A DNA stretch of 64,000 bases from an uncultured Actinomycetota bacterium. Its GTDB lineage: Bacteria > Actinomycetota > Actinomycetes > S36-B12 > UBA5976. Below the pieces are notes generated by a model. That model was not told the DNA's origin and searched no databases. It saw only the letters and a list, made by a program, of their open reading frames with translations. Both the position numbers and the translations under genes were made by a program. Of this stretch, positions 1 to 8,353 are shown in pieces. The stretch is from the NCBI GenBank assembly GCA_963784905.1, contig CAWATP010000013.1, positions 65,836 through 129,835 of the forward strand, written 5' to 3'. Position 1 is the first letter of the stretch. The number at the start of each line of letters is the position of its first letter.

Positions 1-360
1 ACGTGCGTAGAAGCAGGTGTACTCCTTCGAGGTGAACGCATTGAGGTCGCCGCCGACGGCATCAATGGACGACGAGATCTCCAGCGCCTCGCGCGTCGGG
101 GTGCCTTTGAAAAGCAGGTGCTCAAGGAAGTGTGCGGATCCTGCCATTGCCGGAGATTCATCACGCGAGCCGACACCGGCCCAGATTCCGAAAGCTGTGG
201 AGCGCACTCCAGGCACGTGTTCCGTAATGATGCGAAGACCACCGGCAAGCACCGTGCGCTTCACAATTGAACCGTCGTGGCCGCTCAGTAGCGTGCGAGT
301 GGAGCCAGGACGCTGATCGCGGGCCGGGAAATACCCGACCCGCGAGCGAGCGTTCGTCAT
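1..360 (-). CDS. M16 family zinc metallopeptidase (pitrilysin/PepR-like), N-terminal 120 codons; the rest lies beyond the window start
   Basis: Absent from the ORF track because it runs off the edge. My reverse-strand translation from the ATG at 360-358 reads [16 protein letters not shown]...[35 protein letters not shown]... It contains the inverted zinc motif HxxEH (HFLEH). The ATG overlaps the pnp stop (ATGA at 357-360). A pepR-like gene downstream of pnp is the usual actinobacterial arrangement. Confidence 0.8.
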   Translation of the reverse strand, partial: MTNARSRVGYFPARDQRPGSTRTLLSGHDGSIVKRTVLAGGLRIITEHVPGVRSTAFGIWAGVGSRDESPAMAGSAHFLEHLLFKGTPTREALEISSSIDAVGGDLNAFTSKEYTCFYAR

Positions 361-2576
361 TCTGCTGACGCCTCGGAGTCTGCAGACTGCGCGGCGGCGT
401 CATCCTCGGCGACCTCGAGCGACAGCTTGCCGCGCGAGTCGATTTCGGTGATCTCAACGAGGATCTTCTGACCCACCTTGACGATGTCCTCAACGTTTTC
501 GATCCGCTTGCCACCGGCGAGCTTGCGCATCTTGGTGACGTGCAGCAGACCATCCTTGCCCGGGAGCAGGGAGATGAAGGCGCCAAAGGTGGCAATCTTC
601 ACGACGGTGCCGAGGAAGCGTTCGCCAACCTCTGGCATGTGCGGATTGGCGATCGCGTTGATTGCCATTCGTGCAGCTTCGGCTGACGGGCCGTCGACTG
701 CGCCGATGTACACCGTGCCGTCATCTTCGATCGAGATATCTGCGCCGGTGTCTTCTTGGATCTGGTTGATCATCTTGCCCTTAGGACCGATGACCTCGCC
801 GATCTTGTCGACAGGGATCTTGACGCTGATGATGCGCGGTGCGTACGGCGACATCTCGTCGGGCATCGCAATCGCATCGTTCATGACCTCGAGGATCGTG
901 AAGCGAGCGTCGCGCGCCTGCTTGAGTGCACCTGCGAGCACGGATGCCGGAATACCGTCGAGCTTGGTATCGAGCTGCAGGGCCGTGACGAATTCACGAG
1001 TACCTGCCACCTTGAAGTCCATATCACCGAATGCGTCTTCGGCACCGAGGATGTCGGTGATCGCGACGTATTCAGTCTTGCCGTCAACCACGTCAGAGAC
1101 GAGGCCCATGGCGATACCCGCGACCGGCGCCTTGAGCGGCACACCAGCGTTGAGCAGCGACATGGTCGAGGCGCAAACCGAGCCCATCGACGTCGAACCG
1201 TTGGAGCTGAGAGCCTCAGACACCTGACGGATCGCGTAGGGGAACTCGGAACGTGTCGGCAGCACCGGCACGAGCGCGCGCTCGGCAAGAGCACCGTGAC
1301 CGATCTCGCGGCGCTTCGGGGCGCCAACGCGACCCGTCTCACCTGTCGAGTACGGCGGGAAGTTGTAGTTGTGCATGTAACGCTTGCGAGTCACGGGACT
1401 CAACGTGTCGAGCTGCTGCTCCATCTTGAGCATGTTCAGCGTGGTAACACCCATGATCTGGGTTTCGCCGCGCTCAAACAGTGCAGAACCGTGGGCACGC
1501 GGAACAACCTCAACCTCGGCAGAGAGCTGGCGGATGTCGGTGATGCCACGGCCATCGATGCGGATCTTTTCCTTCAGGATGCGCTGACGCACAACCTTCT
1601 TGGTGACCGACCGCAGTGCCGCAGACAGTTCCTTCTCGCGACCAACAAACTGCTCGGCAAGCTTCTCGACGAGTTCCGCCTTGATCGCGTCCAAACGCTC
1701 TTCGCGGTCGGCTTTGAACAAGATGGTCATTGCCTGTGCGACATCGGCCATCGCCGCGGCTTCCACCGCTGCATAGGCGTCGTCCTGGTAGTCAAGGAAG
1801 ACCGGGAAGTCAGCAATCGGCTTGGCGGCCTTTGCTGCCAACTCCGACTGTGCATCGCACAGCACACGGATGAACTTCTTGGCGGCTTCGAGACCTTCAG
1901 CAACGACCTCTTCGGTCGGCGCGGTCGCGCCACCCTTGATGAGTTCGATGGTGTTCTCGGTTGCTTCGGCTTCGACCATCATGATGGCGACGTCGTCAGC
2001 AACAATGCGACCTGCAACGACCATGTCGAACACGGCGTCCTCAAGCTGTTCGTGCGTCGGGAACGCAACCCACTGGCCACGGATGAGCGCAACGCGCACG
2101 CCGCCGATGGGACCCGAGAAAGGAAGACCCGACAGCGTTGTCGACATCGATGCCGCATTGATGGCAACGACGTCGTACAGGTGCTGCGGGTTGAGGCTGA
2201 GCACCGTCACGACGACCTGGACCTCATTGCGGAGACCCTTGACGAATGCGGGACGAAGCGGGCGGTCGATAAGACGGCACGTGAGGATTGCATCCTCAGA
2301 GGCGCGACCTTCGCGGCGGAAGAACGAACCGGGGATGCGACCCGCGGCATACATGCGCTCTTCGACGTCGATGGTGAGCGGGAAGAAGTCGAACTGGTCC
2401 TTGGGGGACTTGCCGGCCGTCGTTGCCGACAGCAGCATGGTTTCGGCGTCAAGGTAGACGACGGCGGAGCCGGCGGCCTGACGTGCAAGGCGACCGGTTT
2501 CGAAACCGATCGTGCGAACGCCAAATGCACCGTTGTCGATGCGTGCTTCAGCGGTATGGATTGTGGGACCCGTCAC
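357..2576 (-). CDS. pnp: polyribonucleotide nucleotidyltransferase (PNPase)
   Basis: The 769-aa ORF has the two RNase-PH-like halves plus a KH/S1 tail (..[32 protein letters not shown]..). I trimmed the start to the GTG at 2576 ([36 protein letters not shown], the usual PNPase N-terminus). AAGGAGG (2583-2589, minus strand) precedes it. Confidence 0.95.
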   Translation of the reverse strand: MTGPTIHTAEARIDNGAFGVRTIGFETGRLARQAAGSAVVYLDAETMLLSATTAGKSPKDQFDFFPLTIDVEERMYAAGRIPGSFFRREGRASEDAILTCRLIDRPLRPAFVKGLRNEVQVVVTVLSLNPQHLYDVVAINAASMSTTLSGLPFSGPIGGVRVALIRGQWVAFPTHEQLEDAVFDMVVAGRIVADDVAIMMVEAEATENTIELIKGGATAPTEEVVAEGLEAAKKFIRVLCDAQSELAAKAAKPIADFPVFLDYQDDAYAAVEAAAMADVAQAMTILFKADREERLDAIKAELVEKLAEQFVGREKELSAALRSVTKKVVRQRILKEKIRIDGRGITDIRQLSAEVEVVPRAHGSALFERGETQIMGVTTLNMLKMEQQLDTLSPVTRKRYMHNYNFPPYSTGETGRVGAPKRREIGHGALAERALVPVLPTRSEFPYAIRQVSEALSSNGSTSMGSVCASTMSLLNAGVPLKAPVAGIAMGLVSDVVDGKTEYVAITDILGAEDAFGDMDFKVAGTREFVTALQLDTKLDGIPASVLAGALKQARDARFTILEVMNDAIAMPDEMSPYAPRIISVKIPVDKIGEVIGPKGKMINQIQEDTGADISIEDDGTVYIGAVDGPSAEAARMAINAIANPHMPEVGERFLGTVVKIATFGAFISLLPGKDGLLHVTKMRKLAGGKRIENVEDIVKVGQKILVEITEIDSRGKLSLEVAEDDAAAQSADSEASAE

Positions 2577-2984
2577 GGGTGCCCTCCTTCTGCGTACGTG
2601 GTATCCGTCCGCGGAGGACCCGAGACCTTTCGGGACTCGCCGGTCTTCGATCGAAATCGGCGACAACTGAGCGCTTCACGCGCCAGCTTTCGACGATCAC
2701 TACCGGAGACCGACCTCGAACATCTCGAGTCCTGGCGTCGGATATCTGGTTGTGTTTCGCCCGACGTACTTGATGTGCGGGCATTCGGGCACGCACTCGG
2801 CCATCCGGCCGTGCGCACGCTTACTCCCAAGGGTACGGGACGTACCGACGCCAGACCAAAACCTCGCCCCAGGTCGACTTTAGGCAACCTTGACCATTTC
2901 TCTGCAAATCGCTCGCAGGCGCTCGGGTAAAAAGGGACTCATGACCCGCTGACACTCGCGGCGAATTGATTCAGGGAGTAATTC

Positions 2985-3617
2985 ATGAAGAACCATCAGA
3001 AGTTCGCCCGCATCAGCGCGGCTGCCCTCACAGCGACAGCAATCGTGCTGGCCGCTGCAGTGACCCCCGCCGACGCCGCCACAAATTCGTACACTTTGGC
3101 ACAGATCAAAGCCCACAAGAGCGCGAGCAACTGCTGGTCAGTTGTGAACGGCAAGGTGTACAACCTCACCAAATGGGTGAAGAAGCACCCCGGTGGCGCG
3201 TCCGTCATCAAGTCGATGTGCGGCAAAGACGCCTCGGTAGCCTTCAAGAGCCAGCACGGCACTGCCGCTCGCCCGGCAAAGTCGCTGATCCCGTACAAGA
3301 TCGGCAGTCTGGCCAAGGTTCAGCCTCAACCGACCTCCACGCCAACGCCAACGCCGACCACGACTGCCGGTGCGACCCTGAACCTTGCCTTGGTGGCCAA
3401 GCACAGCGCGGCCAGCGATTGCTGGACCATCGTCAATGGCAACGTCTATAACGTGACCGCTTGGATCGCCCAACATAAGGGCGGCTCCGGTCCCATCATC
3501 GCAATGTGTGGCATTGACGCATCGGCCGCATACAACGGCACACATGGCACTGCCGCTAAGCCGGCGAGCACCTTGAGTACTTTCAAGGTCGGCGCCGTGG
3601 GTACTGCAGCGCCGTAA
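2985..3617 (+). CDS. secreted protein with two cytochrome b5-like heme-binding domains joined by a P/T-rich linker
   Basis: ATG at 2985 follows GGGAG. Signal peptide MKNHQKFARISAAALTATAIVLAAAVTPADA|A. Two modules match the b5 fold: YTLAQIKAHKSASNCWSVVNGKVYNLTKWVKKHPGGASVIKSMCGKDASVAFKSQHG...YKIGSL (HPGG at 3186-3197), and a second with HKGG. Both axial His positions are retained. Confidence 0.78.
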   Translation: MKNHQKFARISAAALTATAIVLAAAVTPADAATNSYTLAQIKAHKSASNCWSVVNGKVYNLTKWVKKHPGGASVIKSMCGKDASVAFKSQHGTAARPAKSLIPYKIGSLAKVQPQPTSTPTPTPTTTAGATLNLALVAKHSAASDCWTIVNGNVYNVTAWIAQHKGGSGPIIAMCGIDASAAYNGTHGTAAKPASTLSTFKVGAVGTAAP

Positions 3618-3629
3618 CACAGCTTCCCC

Positions 3630-3672
3630 ATACGTTGGCCCCGCACCGAATTTCGGTGCGGGGCCAACGTAT
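3630..3672. terminator. bidirectional intrinsic-terminator-like hairpin between the convergent b5 gene and rpsO
   Basis: Near-perfect inverted repeat with 21-nt arms: atacgttggccccgcaccgaa / t / ttcggtgcggggccaacgtat. It lies between the stop at 3615-3617 (+) and the stop at 3680-3682 (-). There is no long T-tract, as is common in high-GC actinobacteria. Confidence 0.6.
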
Positions 3673-3679
3673 TGCGAAA

Positions 3680-3940
3680 TTAGCGGCGGATGCCGAGGCG
3701 CTCGATCAATGCGCGGTAGCGCGAGATATCCGTCTTCGCCAGGTACTTGAGAAGACGACGGCGACGGCCGACAAGGAGTAGCAGACCACGACGCGAGTGG
3801 TGATCGTGCTTGTGCTCCTTGAGATGTTCCGTGAGCATGGTGATGCGTGAGGTCAGGATTGCCACCTGAACCTCCGGGCTGCCGGTGTCGCCCTCAGTGC
3901 GGGCGTAGTCAGCGATGACCTTGGATTTGGGATCTGCCAT
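3680..3940 (-). CDS. rpsO: 30S ribosomal protein S15
   Basis: [67 protein letters not shown]... is canonical S15. The start is the internal ATG at 3940 with GAGGAG upstream. The longer 117-aa ORF adds a non-homologous extension. Confidence 0.95.
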   Translation of the reverse strand: MADPKSKVIADYARTEGDTGSPEVQVAILTSRITMLTEHLKEHKHDHHSRRGLLLLVGRRRRLLKYLAKTDISRYRALIERLGIRR

Positions 3941-4201
3941 GTTGTACTCCTCGGGCGCAATTCGACCCGGCGAGATGCAGCCACCGACGTGGCTGCGCAA
4001 GCCGGGCGCAGTGTCCTGAACGACGATTGCCATTCAGGTGAGTCGCGAACGGCAAGGCGCCCGCCTTGCTGTCGTCGTAGGAAAGGGTACGGGAGATAGA
4101 CGCCACGCCCAAACCGAAAGCGATTTCGCCCGTTCTTAACCCTCGTTGGGAACCAAGATTGATTCTGTCAATTACGATTCGAGTAGCGAGTTTCTTGGGA
4201 G

Positions 4202-4951
4202 ATGGCCGTGGTGATCCACGCACGTGGCAAGGCGATGGGCATTGCCCTGCTCACGATTTCAGCGCTGCTGTTCGGAAGTGCCGTTTCCCCCGCGTACGCC
4301 GACAGGTCCTACAGCCTCTTGAATGTGGCTACCCACAAGACCGCGAAGAACTGCTGGACAGTCGTCGGCAGTAGCGTTTTCAACGTGACTAACTGGATCA
4401 GTAGGCACGCCGGCGGCAGTTCATTCATCTTGGCCATGTGCGGAGTAGATGCGACAACAGCATTTCGCAGCCAGCACGGGCTTATGGGACCCGAAGCAAA
4501 CCGTTTAGCAACCTTCCGCATCGGCAGTTTGTCGACGCCGAAAACGGCATTCACGGTGGCCGCCGTTCCGAGCGCCGTGGCATCCGTCGCCGCGGCACCC
4601 AAACCCGCATCTGCGGCGACACCCCCTGCAAACATCACATATACGAACGCGCAAGTTGCGGCACACGGCACGGTCAGTGCCTGCTGGACCGTGGTCAACA
4701 AGAGCGTCTATAACGTGACCACTTGGATCGCTCGGCACCCCGGTGGCGGAAAGGCGATTGCCGCGATGTGCGGCGCAAACGCCACCGCGGCATTCACTTC
4801 GCGACACGGTTCGGCATCGTCCGCGTCCACCATGTTGCAGGCCTTCCGCATTGGCGGGTGGGAAAAGCCTGTCGGCGCGTCGCCGTTGCCGACAATGAAG
4901 TCTGGAAGCGGACACGGCGACGATGACGATGACAACAAGGACGACGACTGA
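4202..4951 (+). CDS. secreted protein with two cytochrome b5-like domains and a poly-Asp C-terminal tail
   Basis: Signal peptide ..GIALLTISALLFGSAVSPAYA|D. Modules: ..NCWTVVGSSVFNVTNWISRHAGGSSFILAMCGVDATTAFRSQHG.. and ..ACWTVVNKSVYNVTTWIARHPGGGKAIAAMCGANATAAFTSRHG.. The protein ends GHGDDDDDNKDDD. The exact start is uncertain (ATG 4202, GTG 4208 or ATG 4235). Confidence 0.75.
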   Translation: MAVVIHARGKAMGIALLTISALLFGSAVSPAYADRSYSLLNVATHKTAKNCWTVVGSSVFNVTNWISRHAGGSSFILAMCGVDATTAFRSQHGLMGPEANRLATFRIGSLSTPKTAFTVAAVPSAVASVAAAPKPASAATPPANITYTNAQVAAHGTVSACWTVVNKSVYNVTTWIARHPGGGKAIAAMCGANATAAFTSRHGSASSASTMLQAFRIGGWEKPVGASPLPTMKSGSGHGDDDDDNKDDD

Positions 4952-5106
4952 TCGTCGCCGTGTTGCGGCTAGTCGCACTGGCAAGGCAGCAAAATTCCTT
5001 CTTTGAGCCGCAACGGTTGGACCGTTTTACCCTCATTTAGCCGGATTTGCGGCGCAGACTTAAGCATCCCCTCCGTACTGTCGTAAATACGACCTTTGGA
5101 GGTTCC

Positions 5107-6180
5107 ATGAGATCACGTACCACCGCTTCAATCGCTGCCGCAGCCCTCGCGGTTGCATCGCTGACGGCAGTTGCCATCAGTGTTTCCGCAACAGTCTCCC
5201 CCGCTGCTGCAGTCACCACCTATACCGTGGCTGACGTCACGCCACATAACAACGCGACATCCTGCTGGACGATTGTCAACGGCAATGTCTATGACCTCAC
5301 GGCTTGGGTCAGCCTGCACCCTGGTGGACAGACGTTCATCTTGGCTATGTGTGGCAAGGACAGCTCGGCTGCATTCAATCGCCACCCAACTGCCACGAAG
5401 GCCTCCGCAGATCTCGCGTTGGCCCGGTACCTGATCGGCACCGTTGGCACGCCGACGCCGAGCCCCACCCTTCCGACGCCGACGCCGACCACTCCGGCTC
5501 CGACGCCGAGCCCGACCACTCCGGCTCCGACGCCGAGCCCGACTACCCCGGCTCCGACGCCGAGCCCGACCAGTCCGGCTCCGACGCCGCTGCCTACCAT
5601 GTGTGCCGCTGACGACGACTTCGATGACGATGCTGATGACGAATCCGACGAGGATGCAGACGACGATTCCGATGACGATCACGTTCGCATGCCCGATACC
5701 GCGACTGTGGTGGACACGGCCACCGTGTGCGCGCATCTGGAAGATGAAGATGACGACGACTACGCGCATATGAGTGACGACAGCTTTGACCACCTAGCCG
5801 CCGCCGCCCTTGCAGCGCTCACGCCCGAACAGTTCGCAGCACTGCAGTCAGCAATCATTGCTTCGCTGACCAGCCATCAACTGCATGAGTTGTCAGCAGC
5901 TGCTTTCGCTGGACTCCAGCCAAAACAAGCTGCTCTGCTCTCGGCCAGTTCCATCAAGGCACTGTCCGTCGACCAAGCTCGCGCTATCAAGCCCATGGCA
6001 CTGGCCAAGATCTCGGAAGCGAAGCTTGGCAAGGCCAAGGACTCGAAGTGGGCATCCAAGATCACCGCTCCGCAGATCTCCGCACTGAACGCTAAGCAGG
6101 TCAAGGCGCTTGGTCTGAAGTCCGCAAAGCTCGACGAAAAGCGCCGGGTCGCACTCACAGTGGCCCTCAAGCGCCACTGA
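5107..6180 (+). CDS. secreted chimeric protein: one cytochrome b5-like domain, a (TPAPTPSPT)n linker, a poly-acidic segment and a C-terminal array of ~16-aa Ala/Leu/Gln/Lys-rich repeats
   Basis: ATG at 5107 follows GGAGG with a 5-nt spacer. Signal peptide MRSRTTASIAAAALAVASLTAVAISVSATVSPAAA. b5 module: YTVADVTPHNNATSCWTIVNGNVYDLTAWVSLHPGGQTFILAMCGKDSSAAFNRH. The rest is low-complexity and repeat regions, read directly from the translation. Confidence 0.7.
   Translation: MRSRTTASIAAAALAVASLTAVAISVSATVSPAAAVTTYTVADVTPHNNATSCWTIVNGNVYDLTAWVSLHPGGQTFILAMCGKDSSAAFNRHPTATKASADLALARYLIGTVGTPTPSPTLPTPTPTTPAPTPSPTTPAPTPSPTTPAPTPSPTSPAPTPLPTMCAADDDFDDDADDESDEDADDDSDDDHVRMPDTATVVDTATVCAHLEDEDDDDYAHMSDDSFDHLAAAALAALTPEQFAALQSAIIASLTSHQLHELSAAAFAGLQPKQAALLSASSIKALSVDQARAIKPMALAKISEAKLGKAKDSKWASKITAPQISALNAKQVKALGLKSAKLDEKRRVALTVALKRH
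5491..5590 (+). repeat. 27-bp tandem repeat (~3.7 copies) encoding the TPAPTPSPT linker
   Basis: The unit actccggctccgacgccgagcccgacc occurs at 5491, 5518 and 5545, with a partial copy at 5572. Copies differ by 1-2 nt. Confidence 0.85.
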
Positions 6181-6204
6181 GGTCCTGCCCTAGGGGTAGT
6201 ACGA

Positions 6205-6248
6205 CAGGGGTTCGTGGTTGCCAACCCCCTAGCAACCACGAACCCCTG
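6205..6248 (+). terminator. intrinsic-terminator-like hairpin after the third b5 gene
   Basis: Perfect 15-bp stem caggggttcgtggtt / aaccacgaacccctg with a 14-nt loop, 25 nt after the stop at 6178-6180, followed by gctttat. Confidence 0.55.
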
Positions 6249-6394
6249 GCTTTATCGCAAGAGGTTCGGGAAGTACAGTGCCAAAAGTTCGGTAAACCGA
6301 TCGATTCACCTCGTTTTACTCGCATTTGGCATGGAACTACGTTCGCCTTCATGCTGCCTCCTCTACTTTCGGGGCAACGGTCCGAGGAGGAGCG

Positions 6395-8342
6395 ATGGTT
6401 TCCAAGTCACGCACATCGTGGGTATCCACGGGAGCACTCATAGCTGCCGCGCTTTCGACGGTGGTGGTCTTTGCGGGCTCTGCCGTTTCGGCCTCCGCAG
6501 CGCCCACCTACACCATCGCCCAGGTGAAGGCGCACGCAAAGACCGCGAAATGCTGGTCTGTCGTCAATGGCAAGGTGTACAACCTCACTCCCTGGGTAGC
6601 CAAGCACCCAGGCGGCCCGGAAGTCATTACCGCCATGTGCGGTAGAGACTCGAACTGCGGCGTTCAAGGGCAAGCACGGCCTCAACGGCATCGAAGCAAC
6701 CATGCTCGGGGACTACAGGATCGGGACGCTCTCTAAGGCCAAGTCGAAGGCCAAAACAAAGGCTGTGGCCAAGCCGAAGGTGACACCCAAACCGGCAACT
6801 TCACCCAAGCCCGTCATAACAGGACTCGTTACAGCGGCGGCGGTCAGATCGCACGCCGCCGCAACCGACTGCTGGACCATCATCAACAACAACATCTACG
6901 ACCTCACCCTGTGGATCGCCAAGCACCCAGGTGGCCCTGCCGTCATCAAGTCCATGTGCGGTGTCGATGCATCCATCGCTTTCGTCGGAGCACACGGCAC
7001 AATGGGTCTGCCCATCAGGACACTTGGCACCTACATGATCGGCACTGTGGTCTCCAGCAGCGCAACCTTGCCGAAGCCTTCAGATACCGCAACAGCTATC
7101 GACACATCCACTGCGGGCGTCACGCTTTCCGTGGCCGAGGTCGCCAAGCACTCTTCGCCTGCGAATTGCTGGTCGATAATTAACGGCAACGTGTACAACC
7201 TGAGCAACTGGGTCAATGCGCACCCCGGAGGCTCCGGAGTCATCACCGCGATCTGCGGCATCGATGGCTCTGCCGCCTTCAACAATTATCACAAGACTGC
7301 GAAGAACCCCGCAGATACCTTGTCGCGATTCTTCATGGGCGCAGTTGGAAGCACCACTGCCAACACGACTCCAGCAGCGGCACCTTCGATCGCTCCAAAG
7401 CCAGCACCGGTAGTGACGCCTCCAGCTCCGACCGGCCCTGGCACCAATGGTGAAACGCTGACACTGACCATCGTCGCGGCACACGGCACGGTTGCCAGTT
7501 GCTGGGCCGTCATCAACAACAACGTCTACGACTTGACCAACTGGGTCAGCGCACACCCGGGCGGCACCAGCCAGATCACCGCCATCTGCGGCAAGGACGG
7601 CTCGGCTGCTTTCAACGGCTACACGCACAGCAACCAAAGCATCGCCAACTCAACCTTGGCGTCCTTCAAAATCGGCACGCTCGGAAGCCCCGCCACGGTC
7701 GGCACTCCCCCGCCCGCACCCACGCCTACAGTGACTCCGGCGCCCACCGTGACGCCTCCAGCTCCGACCGGCCCTGGCACCAATGGTGAAACGCTGACAC
7801 TGACCATCGTCGCGGCACACGGCACGGTTGCCAGTTGCTGGGCCGTCATCAACAACAACGTCTACGACTTGACCAACTGGGTCAGCGCACACCCTGGCGG
7901 CACCAGCCAGATCACCGCCATCTGCGGCAAGGACGGCTCGGCTGCTTTCAACGGCTACACGCACAGCAACCAAAGCATCGCCAACTCAACCTTGGCGTCC
8001 TTCAAAATCGGCACGCTCGGAAGCCCCGCCACGGTCGGCACTCCCCCGCCCGCACCAGTTCCGGTAGCCACCGTGTACACGGCTGCACAGGTGAAGGCGC
8101 ACGGCACTTCAGCGAGTTGCTGGAGTGCGATCAACCTGACGGTCTACGACCTCACTGGTTGGATTGCGCTCCATCCGGGTGGCCGGGCTGTGATCCAGGC
8201 GGCATGTGGCCGCAACGCCAGTTCGGTATTCAATGGCAAGCACGCTGGCGATGCATCAGTGGCAACCCAAATGAAGGGCTACGCAATCGGTGTCATCACC
8301 TCTGCGCAGCAGGGCACGCTCACCACGGCAATCAAACCGTAG
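6395..8342 (+). pseudogene. six-module secreted cytochrome b5-like polyprotein, reading frame broken by one extra base near 6653 (pseudogene, sequencing error, or less likely recoding)
   Basis: ATG at 6395 follows GAGGAGG. Signal peptide MVSKSRTSWVSTGALIAAALSTVVVFAGSAVSASA|A. Module 1 reads ..KCWSVVNGKVYNLTPWVAKHPGGPEVITAMCGRDS, and then the frame is lost. The +1 frame continues TAAFKGKHGLNGIEATMLGDYRIGTL, exactly the expected remainder of a b5 module, followed by five more modules to the stop at 8342. The span is 1948 nt, which is 3n+1. Confidence 0.65.
7413..8056 (+). repeat. tandem duplication with a 336-bp period; two 308-bp copies differ by one synonymous base
   Basis: 7413-7720 and 7749-8056 are identical except cccggg versus ccctgg (CCG versus CCT Pro in the HPGG motif). 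Each copy encodes a full b5 module plus linker (VTPPAPTGPGTNGETLTLTIVAAHGTVASCWAVINNNVYDLTNWVSAHPGG...TPPPAP). Duplicated shadow ORFs in the track are also offset by 336 nt (7499 versus 7835). Confidence 0.92.
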
Positions 8343-8353
8343 GCCAAGCAGAT

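Noticed and set aside
2879-2897. DtxR/IdeR-like iron box TTAGGCAACCTTGACCATT about 90 bp upstream of the first b5 gene
   Set aside because: Only 11 of 19 positions match the consensus TTAGGTTAGCCTAACCTAA as I remember it. The second half-site is poor, and no similar sequence was seen upstream of the other three b5 genes. It is too weak to call, although iron regulation of the locus remains worth testing.
756-2930. 724-aa plus-strand ORF, the longest after infB, ggdef and pnp
   Set aside because: It is entirely antisense to pnp, whose product has unmistakable PNPase homology. Its translation is Arg/His/Gly-rich with no recognisable motifs. This is a typical high-GC shadow ORF.
6640-6665. Programmed +1 ribosomal frameshift in the hexa-module b5 gene
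   Set aside because: There is no recognisable slippery or hungry-codon motif and no stop codon or stimulatory SD-like element at the shift site. A mutation or sequencing error is more parsimonious. The possibility is kept open in the findings.
5491-8056. Possible CRISPR array, suggested by regular direct repeats (27-bp and 336-bp periods)
   Set aside because: Both repeat sets are in-frame coding repeats (a PT linker and a duplicated protein module). They have no unique spacers of CRISPR size, and there are no cas genes in the window.
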